Below, piece by piece: positions 1 through 12,100 of a stretch of DNA of 64,000 bases. The position numbers and the translations under genes were made by a program. Source of the DNA: Phoronis australis (taxonomy: Eukaryota; Animalia; Phoronida); NCBI GenBank assembly GCA_002633005.1, contig NMRA01000106.1, forward strand, positions 787,655 to 851,654. The letters are read 5' to 3'. Each line of letters opens with the position of its first letter. Positions within the stretch are counted from its first letter, which is position 1. Under the pieces are notes generated by a model. That model saw nothing but the letters and a program-made list of their open reading frames with translations. It did not search any database and was not told where the DNA came from.

Positions 1-205
1 TTCGACCAAGTGTGGCACGAGGAGAAGGAGGAATGGCACCTTAAGGAGGCGCTGCGTACCAAGGGAAAGACGTACCACCATGTTTGCTATGACGACGCAC
101 TGCAGGCATCCATGAGTGAAACACCGACCCCACTTGCAGGGGTGGCACACCAGCCATTCTTCCCTTCCCCAGAAGCAGGTGACGCCCATGTGAAACCAGA
201 GCCAG
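1..205 (+). CDS. PCF11: PCF11 penultimate coding exon (5' truncated by window edge), C-terminal zinc-finger region
   Basis: Frame 1 reads FDQVWHEEKEEWHLKEALRTKGKTYHHVCYDD, matching the PCF11 C-terminal motif F-x-x-x-W-x-E-x-x-E-E-W-H-L-K-x-A...Y-H-x-x-C-Y. Phase-1 donor CCAG|GTTTGA at 205/206. Confidence 0.88.
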
Positions 206-467
206 GTTTGAAAACTAAATTCACTAGTTCATGCTCTGTTACTTTTAAAATATAACTGTCTCCATAACAATGAACTAATTTGTGTAATCTCACACTGTAA
301 CGATATTTAGTCTTCAAATCTGTAATCCATAAATTTATACTGAACTCTCGCACTTTTTGGTTGGTTTAACTGCAACCATCATTTGACTTGGAGAGCTTCA
401 GTTTTTGTATCATAGTTTTTGTACCGTTGCATTGTGTACTGATTAGTATTGCTTTCTCTTCTTTCAG

Positions 468-919
468 ATGCTGGCACTGTAAAACCTGCCCCTGCCCCTG
501 ACCAGGGGGCCAGCACTAAAGCCACACCAAACCCCCTCACTGTGCATGTTAAGTCAGAGCCAGCAGTAGAACCAGACACGGCGAATTCAGAAACACCCCA
601 GTCACCTGGTACCCCAGTGAAGGATGAGCCAATGAAATCCCCAGGTACTCCTGTGTGTGATGAGATTTTGTCGCCAGGAACACCACTGAAAGACGAGGCC
701 GTTACAGACGACGCCGAGCCCATGGATACGTCGAATATAAAGACTGAACCTACAGACACGTCTGTAACCACATCCGTCAACACATCTGAGAGTGGGGCAG
801 ATGTTACTACTTCAGTTGGCGTTGCTACGGAAACTAGTGCAGCCGCTGTTAAGACTGAACCCGAAAGTGATATTAAAGAGGTCAACAAGCCTGATTCTGG
901 TGTGTCCAGTGTTAGCTGA
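468..919 (+). CDS. PCF11: PCF11 terminal coding exon, low-complexity acidic Pro/Thr/Ser tail
   Basis: Polypyrimidine acceptor TTTCTCTTCTTTCAG at 467. The phase-1 join (G+AT = Asp) continues the frame of ORF 449..919 to TGA 917-919. Confidence 0.8.
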
Positions 920-1755
920 CCTCAGGATGTGATACACTGGTAGCTCTAAGAATTTCGAAACTTGTTTCGAAAATGTGTCTACCAAGCGATGGTACTTGTT
1001 GAATCTTGTACTTTGGTCCATTCGTGCCAGATTTCATGTGGTCTTGAGTGATGGACAAACTTATTTAAATTCTCGCAATAAGTCGTGTGACTGAAGTCAC
1101 CAAGATAGGCTGGTTCGCTCATGGCCTGTAGTCAAGTGTTGCTACGTTAGTTCAGTGACCATGACCTTTGTTAATTGACTATTGATGTAGCTGTGATGTT
1201 AATACTAAGGTGATTTTAGCCTTGATTGGTTGATGTTGGTAATTTTTTAGCATATTCATGAAATCTCTTCATTAGCCACAATATGGGTTCTTTAGAAATT
1301 AACTTAAAGGTATCTGTAATTCTGTTTATGCCAAATTTTGTTAAAAGTACATTTGTTTGTTGCTGTGTCTTATGAACATATGCTATGGTTTGGGTCACTG
1401 TACATCTTGCTGAAAGTCTGGAGTTTGCGGATGTCTTGTCCGTGTTAAGTTAGAAATTTTTGTACAAATTTCTCTTAAACTGAAAATCTAAAAAGCTAAT
1501 TAATGTTACTTTTGTTTCAATAACTTGTATTGTTAAAAAACTGTTCTTTGCTTAATTAAGTTGCTCAAATGAAGATTGATATTAGATATATGTTTAGTAG
1601 TCGTAATCGTAAATGAATCTGAAATGAGGTCGCAAATGGACAAGGTAACACTAAACGGTCAAAATTTGGTGTTTGCGAAGTTTGGCTCTTAAGTTATGCA
1701 AAGTGCCCTTGGAGCACTCAAGTCTGCTGACAAACTTTCAAAACTTTGGGCGATA

Positions 1756-2014
1756 CAGTACAAGACAAACGTAATCGTATAAAATGTTGTTTTCCCATTA
1801 CGACAGCTTATTCTGTTACAGCAAAAATGACTTGTTCAAACTATTATGGCGATAAAAACTCTGAATAAAGAATGAGTTGGCCACCTTCACCATTTAAGTC
1901 CTCTTCATTCTCGGCTGTGAGAGGAGACTACTGTGATGATGAATTCAGTTTCTGCCCAGCTGTCATGACGAGCATTTTCAGGTCATTTTGACAGAATACT
2001 TTTGACTTGTACTG
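1756..2014. mobile_element. Tc1/mariner-type MITE in the PCF11 3' UTR (family copy 1)
   Basis: Imperfect TIRs CAGTACAAGACAAA / TTTGACTTGTACTG, flanked by TA on both sides. Internal sequence is shared with 13951-14228 and 50550-50822. Confidence 0.6.
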
Positions 2015-2911
2015 TATGTTGAAGGATCATTTTGAATGGGATGCTACTGTCTCTGTAGATACATTTGTGGAGTACGAAATCGCCTGTGTATTTTGTTTCC
2101 CTCCCTGTGTGTGGCCATGGGTAACATAGGGCGTGAGCTGTCCTGTCAAATCCCTAAATCAAAAATGAGGTCATGATATTCTGTTTTCTGATCCCCTTTG
2201 TGCACTTACCTCTCAGGAAGGAGGTCACGGGGTTTTTTTTCTCATCCTGCACTTAACCTGCATTGTTTTTGTCTGTGTGCTCCCCTAGGGAATCACTTGA
2301 CAAATACTGAAGGTACCAGTTCTTGACTACATTTGTTTTTGTTTTGTTTTTTTGAAGCAAAAACGAGGCAATTTGTGAAAATGATTTTTGCTGTGATTTT
2401 GATTACAAGTTTGGCGGATACTGTCACTGGTCAAATAAATGGCAAACTCTGTGTTGTTTTGATTAATTTAAATGTAATTTCAATAGTTACTCATTTAGTG
2501 GCCAAATGGGCATTCACACACTGAATGATTTCTGTGAAAAATTTTGGACTACAATTTCTTGTTGAAATTATTTTTTAATGTGTAGGTGAACCAGGGCTGT
2601 GCATTTCATTTCCCCCAAGGTGTCTGAAATTTTGTTTCTTTTCTCATACAAGCGGCAGCCCAATGACTAATGTTTCTAATATTTTATTTTGCTGCTGTGG
2701 TCAGTTGTAAAAAGTGATAATTGTTCCAAGATATCTCTTTGTAAGGGTTATTTTCATTTACATCTTCATATTTTCATACACTGGCATGTGCCATCTCTGA
2801 ATTGGAGAGGGTTTCATTGATTTCATATTGCTATAAGAATTACATGGAAGTCTTTTGGTAAAGAATTGGATTGAACTTATTTGTTTTCCACTGAACCAAT
2901 GTGATTTTAGG

Positions 2912-2960
2912 AATAAAATTTTAATGAAAAGTCTTCTTTTCGTGTTAGTTGGTGTGATAC
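2912..2960 (+). terminator. Probable PCF11 polyadenylation signal
   Basis: AATAAA at 2912-2917 followed by a U-rich and GU-rich tract (TCTTCTTTTCGTGTTAGTTGGTGTG). Weaker alternatives at 1864 and 2434. Confidence 0.45.
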
Positions 2961-3548
2961 ACCAGGTGGTAGTGCTGAATTGATTCACTACGTTTGGTTT
3001 TGGGCTCGCGGTTCTTGAAATGTTTTATGTGGCGTTGTTTTTCGGGGAAAGTAACATGAGGTAAATATTGAGAAAAGAATATTGAGAGAAGTATTGTGTT
3101 CAAGATAGGGCAAAAACATCAGTATTTTAGTAAAACATTACTTAAGCGGATATAAACTTGCGTTTCCTCAATCATGAAATCGGTCTTAAATTGTTCTCTA
3201 ATCAAATTAAAGTTATTTTCGTATTTGGACAGTAAATGGCAGTTTGTTTTTGCTAGCGACCAGGTTCTGTACCAAGTGGGAAAGGGGCAGTAGGTGTGCG
3301 AAAGAAAAATACTCATTTGAAATTTGAGCATCAAAATTTGTTCACGTTCGTTTCTTAAATTCAATGCATATGTGACGCCGTCGAAAGTTCATTGCCGGAC
3401 TCGTTGGTCGTGTTGCGAACGTACCGGGAATGTTTTATGTGTTTTGTGACTTACGCTGTAGCTTGTTTGGCTGCTCGTCCTCTTGAGAAGTTATTAGTCG
3501 GTCGTATTGAGTATATGGCGTTTTCATTCCCTAACTTAACCCCCCCCA

Positions 3549-3580
3549 CTCACACACACACGCACACACAGACAGATAGA
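3549..3580. repeat. (CA)n microsatellite
   Basis: CACACACACACGCACACACAGACAGATAGA. Confidence 0.7.
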
Positions 3581-3914
3581 TCGGTCAAAAGATATAGATA
3601 AGGATGTTGATGAAAACTAGTCTACAGTCGGAATCAAAATGCAAACTTAAAGACAACACTAAATTCAAAGAATTTTTAAAGTTTTTGAGAAGTTTCCTGT
3701 ATTCATTTAAATGTTAACATCTTCTGCGATCTATTACTTGCTTTAGTCTGCTATTGTAAAATATTTACACGTTAGAATTATTCATAGTTATTTTTATAAA
3801 ACTAGCTTCTCTTCAGTTGAATTTGGGAATATCTGTCTTATAAAGAGCAAGGGTAGCGTCTCGGATCAAAGTTGACACCCTCTATACTGCCCACCTTCTG
3901 TCAATCTCAAACGT

Positions 3915-4135
3915 GGAAACGGTGGCTCAGTGGTCAGAGTTCCGGACTCCCGTTTGGAAAACCCGCGTCTCCCGTTCCGTAACGCTAGGACCTCGCTAAA
4001 AAGCAAGACTTCGAAGATTACGTGAGATGTGGCCGTGTCTTTAAAATGAGAGCACGTGACTTTGACTAGGTTTAGCTAGGTCCTAGCGTAGGTCCTAGCG
4101 TCTACTGAACGCACGCCCGGTTTGGAATCCTGGAC
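3915..4135 (+). mobile_element. tRNA-derived SINE head interrupted by a ~155-bp MITE
   Basis: A box GGTGGCTCAGTGG at 3921 and B-box-like GGTTTGGAATCC at 4119. Between them is an insert with inverted ends ACGCTAGGACCT / AGGTCCTAGCGT. Confidence 0.55.
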
Positions 4136-4648
4136 TTACTGGCAGACATTGGAGCATTGCACAAAATGCCTCATGAGCTCGGTTTTACTAGTAAACTTTA
4201 AGCCATGGAGTGAATGAGAACCTGGATATAATGCGAAAGCGATTTCTGGGGTTGTGCTCATATTTTATCTCAAATGAATTTTTGCAAATTCTACATTGTA
4301 TTTTTAAAAGATTCTAAATCTGTTACCTGGATTCTACAAGCACATCATTTTCAAGTATCCGTGATCCAACAGGCTTGTATGTGTTTGTTTTTGTCTTCCT
4401 CTGTCTTAGTAGCGCCGATTAAAATCCAATACTTAATTGTTACTATCGTATTTTCACTAATTCATTGTATGCATAGCCAGTTAAAACGCACTTCAAAGGA
4501 TTTTAATTCGGTTTAAATTATGATAACATAAACTTACATTACCCGATACATTAGTTGTCCATTTTTGTCTCCCCATATCTAAGCAGCACAGACGTAAACG
4601 CTTAACAAACACATTTCACATACTGTTATTACCATAGTGTGCGTATTG

Positions 4649-7028
4649 CAGTGGCGGATCTACGGGGGGGGGTTCAGGGGGTTTAAACCCACCCCCCTCT
4701 CGGGCCAGGACCCAAAAATTAAAAAAAAACAAAAAAACAAAAGCGTCTCCAGCAAAACAAAAACGGCACCGCCAGCGTGTGTAAACCCCAAGTAAACCAA
4801 CTTGATGGGGGGATTCACTCTGAAAATATAGTTTTTTGCATTGTGAATTGCAAATTGTGGCTCATGGGCAAAACGCGCGGGGATTTATTGTGAGCGCGCT
4901 TCCGTCGACACTTCTGAAGTAGCCAAGCATTTTAGATGGATTCATCGCTGAAAGAGCAGTTCTAGCTGATTTCTTTAGGTAACTAGCTTCTTTACTCTAA
5001 GATATGTTTTGATTTGATTAGGGGAAATACTGCGGTGCCGCAACCTTGATATTCAGGCGAATTGACGTGCAACGTTTTTACCTCATCTGTCATGTCGTGA
5101 CATTCTATTACACTCCACACGTTTGTAACTGATGTACAGTAAAGTTGTCTTGTGCAATATCATACAGTGTACATGTACATGTAATATTGTGTACATGTAC
5201 ATGTAATATTTTTGAAAAAAAGTCTTTTTCCGAAGAATTGCTATTTTGGCGGGCACCGTGGTCTGGTCGCGAGTCTGTTTGAAGACACACTCTATAACAA
5301 GTTATGTTTATACAAGGAATGACCAAGGGGGCACTCACATTGAGAAAGTGACCACATTCGCGAAAAGTGTACAGTACCAGAAATTGCGGGGAGGCTGTTC
5401 TTTCACAACAAAGTCTTGCGGGACTCGTGCGATGTTCAATAGGCCTCCTAAGGAGCCCTAGTTCCGACCTCAACACCTACCGTCTGTCTAAGCACACTGC
5501 CGTCTTCTATACTGGGAATTTCCGCAGAAAGGCTCACCCGATCAAACGCTCATGCCCATGGGCATTTATTTGATATTAGTACTTCGGGTTTCAAGCGTTC
5601 AGACATTGGGACGTTTATTTCGAAAATTGCAAGAGATGCAAATAGGTCCTGGGATGCTTCGTCAAGGTTTGAAGTAGTCCATGATGAACTGATCAAGTTT
5701 AGTTGCGCATGTAAGTCTTTCGAATGGACTTGGCAACCTCAAGGGTATTAGTGTCAACTGAGCTGCGAAACGAGATGCTGACATTGTAGAGGCTTACAAG
5801 CTCATTGACACAGCAGTTGACGAAGTGCAAGCGTTGGGAACAAACATCGAAGATATCTGGGTAGAATGGTTCCAAGACGAGCAAATCATTGGATCCGATA
5901 TACAAATTCCTCGGCAGTCTAGACAACAGAAGGATAGGACTTACGTATGAGTAACCACTGGGGATTAAAATCTTAAAGAGAAGTTTTCAATTCAAAATTT
6001 TTTGCATAGTACACTTTAGGTCTCGCGACGGACCAGGCCAGCTTGATTTGTGTAGATGTCGAGTTTCAGTGTACTTTTGGTCCCTCGGCGAACTAGTCTT
6101 GTGATTTTTTTACCAAAGTGTGCTTTGTAAAACTATTTATCTCAGCCAGTGCTGTTTGGTCCCGCGACAGATCGACTATTTTATAGGGATAATAAGCACA
6201 GGTGTACTCATGGTCTCGTGACGGACCAGGTCAGCTTTTTGTGTACTCTCAGTGTACATCTGGTCCCTCTGCAAACTAGTCCAGTGTATCTTTTCACCAC
6301 TGTGCACAGCATGTTTTGGTTTCGTGAAACTGTTTTCAGATGATTTGTTTCCTGATAGATTTGACGTTTTTCAATTGTTGTCAACGTGATTCAGCTTAAT
6401 AAAATGATACCTAATTATTTTTTTGTCGCTTTTAATAATAGACTATGAGTTGAGAGCACCATCATTCGCCAGTTTTTCTCGTAACGAGACAGAACACATG
6501 TTTATTTCCTGACTAACAGTACAGGTCTTCGTTCTTAAACAACTTGAGGCTGCTGTTACGCGATCATCTGATATTCAAGTTTTTACGCCCCGTCGGTGCT
6601 CCTTAATTATGCTCTTGAATATTTGGACATTGTCTAAACCCCTGTATACACTCCACACTTTTTCGTATACGACTTTTCGTATGCTAAAAAGGTGTGTGTA
6701 AGCAGATGTTCCAACAAAAATTTTTGCTGGTGGCGTGACTCATACCCAGATGTGCACAATATGAAACTTATGTGCCAAGTTCATGTGACGAAATCGAGAA
6801 GGGTTCTTAATTATCCGATATAAGAAAAACTCCAGAGACATGCTAAGTGCCAGAAACTTACCAGGATGCATGGAAATTTCCCTATTTGGCTACAAAAACA
6901 AAAAAAAATATCTTACACGGGAGGGGAAACCCCCCTCCCGACCTCCCCCCGCTCGGCACCACGCGCCTAGGATTCGACCTTGGCGGGAATCCTAAACCCC
7001 CCTTGCTGAAAACGTAGATCCGCCACTG
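4649..7028 (+). mobile_element. Decayed hAT-superfamily DNA transposon, 2.38 kb
   Basis: Perfect 16-bp TIRs CAGTGGCGGATCTACG (4649-4664) and CGTAGATCCGCCACTG (7013-7028), G/C-run subterminal regions, TATTG on both flanks, internal transposase remnant. Confidence 0.85.
5700..5940 (+). pseudogene. hAT transposase remnant (THAP12/P52rIPK- or ZMYM1-like), frameshifted
   Basis: Translates as ...LKGISVN/KRDADIVEAYKLIDTAVDEVQALGTNIEDIWVEWFQDEQIIGSDIQIPRQSRQQKDR. This resembles the segment of hAT transposases upstream of the dimerization domain (S-x-x-LQ..D...A...I...W......PR...RQ..R). No intact ORF. Confidence 0.65.
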
Positions 7029-8149
7029 TATTGGTACATGTGTTAAACTAAGGCTATATGTGAAGTGAAAAAACGCCAAAATGGAAAGGCAAGCTTTACG
7101 TTTGTAAAACTTTATTTAATCTGAGGAAAAGCGATAGACACTGTGTTCAAATTAAAACTAGAAATTAAATAAAAAAACATTTAAAATTGTGAAAACACAC
7201 GAATAATCCCCATAAAAGTATCTACGTTTTATAAAAGCTCAGACCAAAGCGTCTATGTGGGAAACTTTTGAGAAAAACTGAACACAATATTATGTATATT
7301 GGAACATGGGCCTAAGTTTGAGGCCCATGTACAATAGTTCATGATTAACCTTCATTGTTTAACAGTCTATGGAAGTCCGTTCATCTGTCCATTGTACCCA
7401 GTTCGAATTAAACACGGCATGTGAATGAAATAACGACGTCTTTATGTTACCAAAAAATACCAGGTGAACAGCGATTGAGGCCTACCGTTCTCAATAAAAT
7501 GTTGTTCCACCTTCCCAACGCTCGTGAGCCGTGGTCAATTTTCAAGAAAATTTTTCGTTAACGAAAGTTCGATAAACATTTGTTAGTGTTCGATATTTTT
7601 ACAGACAATCAATCAAATGGCTTGGCGTTCGGAGCCCCGGCAAAAGAATTTGTCTTCACTGGTCAAATTAACCTTTAAAGAGCTTTTTGCTATCAACAAC
7701 GCTAATTTGACAAATTGTTCAATGTGGCGATTGGGTCTAATTGCTGATGTGGAGCACAATAGTTCAAATAAACAGACACGCGAAATTAAGGCACTTTAAC
7801 CCCTAATGAACACTTCCTGAAATCTGCGTCAGTGTCTCGTGTCATGAATAAACAATAAGCTCTAGATACCGGAGTGCATGCATAGTTAATACTTAAAATG
7901 GCATTGTGCGTGCGTGATTTTCGAGATTTTTATCATGTCTCAGTCGATTTTCGTACCGGTACTCTTATACTGTGGGTTGAGTCCTGTGACTTCAATGGTA
8001 TCGGCTTTACAGGTAGACTATATGGTTCATGATTGCGTGATTTCTGGAACTTAGAAGAAAAATTATGATGAAGTCTGAAACTGGACAAAGAAGCCACCAA
8101 ATTAATAAGTGATACCATCTGAAATGTAAAACAACGATTCATTGGGTTC

Positions 8150-8592
8150 CTCGCCTACTATTTCGTCCAACTTTATTCCCGCGACGGCTACACTACTTGA
8201 GAAGTCGACTACTTTCCGTCGGTGGATGCGACGCCGCGTGTCACATTTTGAGTTGAATTACTGAAACTCGTCGTGGACAACTCTGTGCTCGACGGTTTCC
8301 GATTGTTACGCAGGATATTTCAAGTTTGTCGTCAGGCTCTGCATCAAGACTGAAAACTTCAAACTGCTAATCTAAGGGACGGAATAGCACTCGACTCGAG
8401 AATTGAATGAAAGTCAGATTTTAAAAAGCTGGGTCTTGTGGGGACGAGTCGCTTTTGCCCCTGAGAGTGAACCTCTTCATTTATCATAGCCTCCACTTTT
8501 TAGAAATACAAAAAGGATAAAACACAACTAGGATGACTTTTTTACGCGATGGTCAGGGCTCGGATTATTTGACGTTTTTTAAAACTTAAAAG
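8150..8592 (+). promoter_or_regulatory. CpG-enriched putative promoter and non-coding first exon of the ITPR-like gene
   Basis: Local CpG enrichment against the AT-rich background, and donor-like AAAG|GTAACC at 8592/8593 upstream of the acceptor at 9048. TSS not determinable. Confidence 0.4.
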
Positions 8593-9091
8593 GTAACCCT
8601 GGTCCGCTAGTGGCCAATTTTCCATGATGTTCATATTTAATTTAGAACCCATAAAAACTTCACATGATGGTCTTCAAAGTTACAAAACACCCTGTGTAAA
8701 TTTTTATGCTGACGGGGTTAAAAACCGCGTCTGGCTGGGTCATGTCACAATGAGGGAACGTTACATGAATTCAAAGGTCATCTGTGACCGATAGGGAGCA
8801 GCACTCTATCTTTTTCGTCTTTTATTTACCCGAGCCATGGTGATGCTTAAGCTTTGCCTCTCAACATTACCATATCAAAAGGCGCATTGAAGTTTGTTCT
8901 CGGAAGAAATCTGCCATATTGGATTTTCCGGACGGCGTATCACCCAAGTCTGTGTATCGACTGCTCATATTTTTTACTTAGCTGTAGTCTAACCGATCTA
9001 TTGATCATAGGCATAGCAGTACATTATAATGGAAGTTATTCTCTTCAGATGAGGTTGTGGAGAGTTGCAGTCTTGAAAGTTTTCGTCAGGC

Positions 9092-9177
9092 ATGGCCGAT
9101 GACAGTCTTTGTGTTGGGGATTACGTTTGCCTCTACTCGGAGGAAAGTTACGGGTTTTGCTATGGCACACAGTCGAG
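9092..9177 (+). CDS. ITPR: ITPR-like coding exon 1
   Basis: MADDSLCVGDYVCLYSEESYGFCYGTQS; exon begins 9049; donor AG|GTACGC. Confidence 0.85.
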
Positions 9178-12100
9178 GTACGCTTAAAAGTTTATTGGCC
9201 GACACAGTACTCTTGTGTTTGTCAGTGGAAAAGCACCTGGCTTTCATTATCCGATTATTGATGTCAATTTCGTTCTCTGTTTTCGATTGATTGTTTACTG
9301 AAGGACGAAACACCTTACCCTTGGCCTTAGAACGTAAGTGTGTTGGGACACGGTGAAGTCCATTAAAGACCTCCTACTGAGCAATTAACAATCTCCCTGT
9401 TATGATCGTCTCAGTGCTCACTAATCCAGTATAATTAACAGTGCTGTTATTATGAATGGCTAAATAACTGCAGCAAAATAGTTAACGATCGGAATTTAAT
9501 TGAGTTGATAAGATAAAACAGCTGTAGGGTAAGTGTAGGTAAAAAGTTCTAGATAACTTGTAATAAAGCTTTAAATGGTCAAGTCAAAGATTTGGAAGGC
9601 AAATTTTTACATAGGCTACCTAATTCTTTAGACCACAGATTATAGTCTAGCTGGATATAGACTGTGATCGCATTTAAGCAAACTTCAATGTTTTTAAAAA
9701 TGGTTCGTTTCAAACAGAATAATTTTGTTTTGTGTCTTAACTCACGGAATGACTATACACTCAATTTCAAAGAAATTGCTGTATTGATTTTCATCATAAT
9801 TATATGTAAATCATTAAATATTAATCAAATGAATATCAAGTGCAAATGATTTATTATTTAATTGGCTAAATAACAATCTATCGTAAAAGGTTGCACTATA
9901 ATTGTTAATTTTATCTAGAGCTTTCATTTTCAATTTATATTTACTGTTTTGCAATATGTGATAAAAGAATAAGAAATTGCCGATCTTTTTTAGAAAATTT
10001 ATAGTTCCATACCGCAAACATCTTACTGTGTCAGATGTTTATTAATTAATTAAAATAATCACGGTCATACATTGGAAACTGCATGGTTATTTGCTAATTG
10101 ACTGTGAATGGACGCGGAATGTGTCAGATTTCAAGTTCCTATAAAAAATCAATGTGCGACTGAAGTGTTAAAGATTCCTCTTTGATTCGCTTGTGAATGT
10201 TTGTCAAAGCCGATGACAGCACAGCTACAGTAAATATATTGCTGTTTAGTTTTAACAATGGGCTCGTGTTTGAAATTGTTGTAGGTTTAGCCATTAAAAC
10301 AATACTCTGCAAAGCTGTTTTACATAATCAACTAAAGATGAAAATTACCTTTGTCCTTCAATACTCCCTAATTTATTTATATGGTCATTTTTTGTAATTA
10401 GTTAATGAAAATATTGTAAATTATTCTATAAAAATGACTTGTTGCTTTCGTGAACGTATCATATACTTGCACCAAATCTAGATTATTGAGTAATTGTTTT
10501 ATTCGGTTAAAAAATGAAAATTATGAGAAATGCAGTTTTATAAATGTGACTTGAACTGTCGCAGTTCATGGTTTTGTTTTGAGTTTTATTTTTCTGTTTT
10601 ATTAAATGATGTGCCATTCTTTTTATTATTCAGTTCCATTTTCAATGAGGTGGCAGTGGGCAGTAGACAGGCGAGGGACAAACCAGAGTTACCTGATGTT
10701 CAAGGTAAGTCAAAAGTGAGAGAGACAGAGTCTGCAAAGCTAATACCTTACAACTACAATTCGTGGATCAATGACAAACTTGTGACTAATAATGCTCTAT
10801 TGGTTAAGTTGAAAAATTTGTCATTGAGATATATGGCCAAGATACAATATTTGCATCAGCTTATGCTCAAGTTATTTCAAGTTATGAAAATTTTGCTGAC
10901 ATGATTTGGTTGGTTGTTAACCGAAAAAAATCACCAATTTTTGGCAAGAATAGTTGACAAAACTGCTCTTTTTTGCTTCTGTTATTGTTGTGAATACCCA
11001 CAATTTTTGTTTGTTGATTTCTCAATTGTGCAGAACTCGAATATGGCAAAGCACTACTTTGGTATTATGTGTCAGTTAAAATAAAAAAAATAAAAGAAAA
11101 TTTCATCACCTGTCGGCCATATTGTGTATTGTGTCCTAAATTTGTCAGACTTTATCACATTCATCTCTCACCAAATGGAAGACAAAGAGTTGGTTTAAGT
11201 TTCCAGTTTTGTTTTTTTGCATGTCCAAGTATTTCGCATTAATGACACTCTGTCCGCTTCGTTTTAATAAAAAAAAATCATAAAACGGATTTTATTGCAA
11301 GTTAATTCAGTTTCCATTGAAACCCACCGTTTTCACAGTAAAATACGGCAAATACAAACTGGACTGAAAGTTACAAAATATTTATATTTTAGTGACATCT
11401 GTCAACCGACAAAACACATCCTGTGTTCTAAGTTGGGTGAAATGAAGGAGTATATTTAAGATACTCTTATGTTTTTCCAACTCCAAAATAATGAATAATT
11501 CGGATACAACGGAGCAGTGTCTGCATTGCAGCATTTACGTGCTGACAGCTCTGTAATTTTTGAAACACATTTCTTCTTCAAACCCTTTCTCACTTTGACA
11601 TACTAATTTCCCTTATTAGCTAACAGTAACAGAAAACACCAAACCGCTTGCTGTAAATGAGTCTCCCTCAGACTGATGCACAAATCATTTGTTGTTGCAA
11701 TAGATTCACGAAGTTCATTTTGTTTAGATTTCTTAGCATTGACAACTTTAAGTACTTTGACGAAGTTCACAAACACCTATGTTATGGATCAAACGAGAAA
11801 TAATTGGACAATCCATAAGTTGCTTTGCATGATTCAAAAGTTTTATTCATCCTCATCTTTACGATATGTATGTACTCATCAAATGTGATATTAATTTTCC
11901 GTTTTTCGAAAGCAAATGGCGAACACTTTGATATGTTTTCTTCAATTGTTGCTCTGGTAGATATATACACTGTAAACAATAGTAATGATATCCGTATCTT
12001 TTTATGGGTGAAAACTATTAAGATAATTTAGCATCCAGTAAACATCACAGGTACTTCTCACCTTTAAAAATCTTTGATGAACATTTTTGCATTTACTTTT

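Noticed and set aside
379-888. 169-aa minus-strand ORF
   Set aside because: Antisense shadow of the low-complexity PCF11 terminal exon.
5108-5573. Overlapping 68-122 aa ORFs inside the hAT element as independent genes
   Set aside because: No recognisable motifs; likely decayed transposon sequence.
8533-8589. ATG 8533 as the ITPR start codon
   Set aside because: It stops after 18 codons. Homology to the IP3R N-terminus begins at ATG 9092, which has an upstream in-frame stop.
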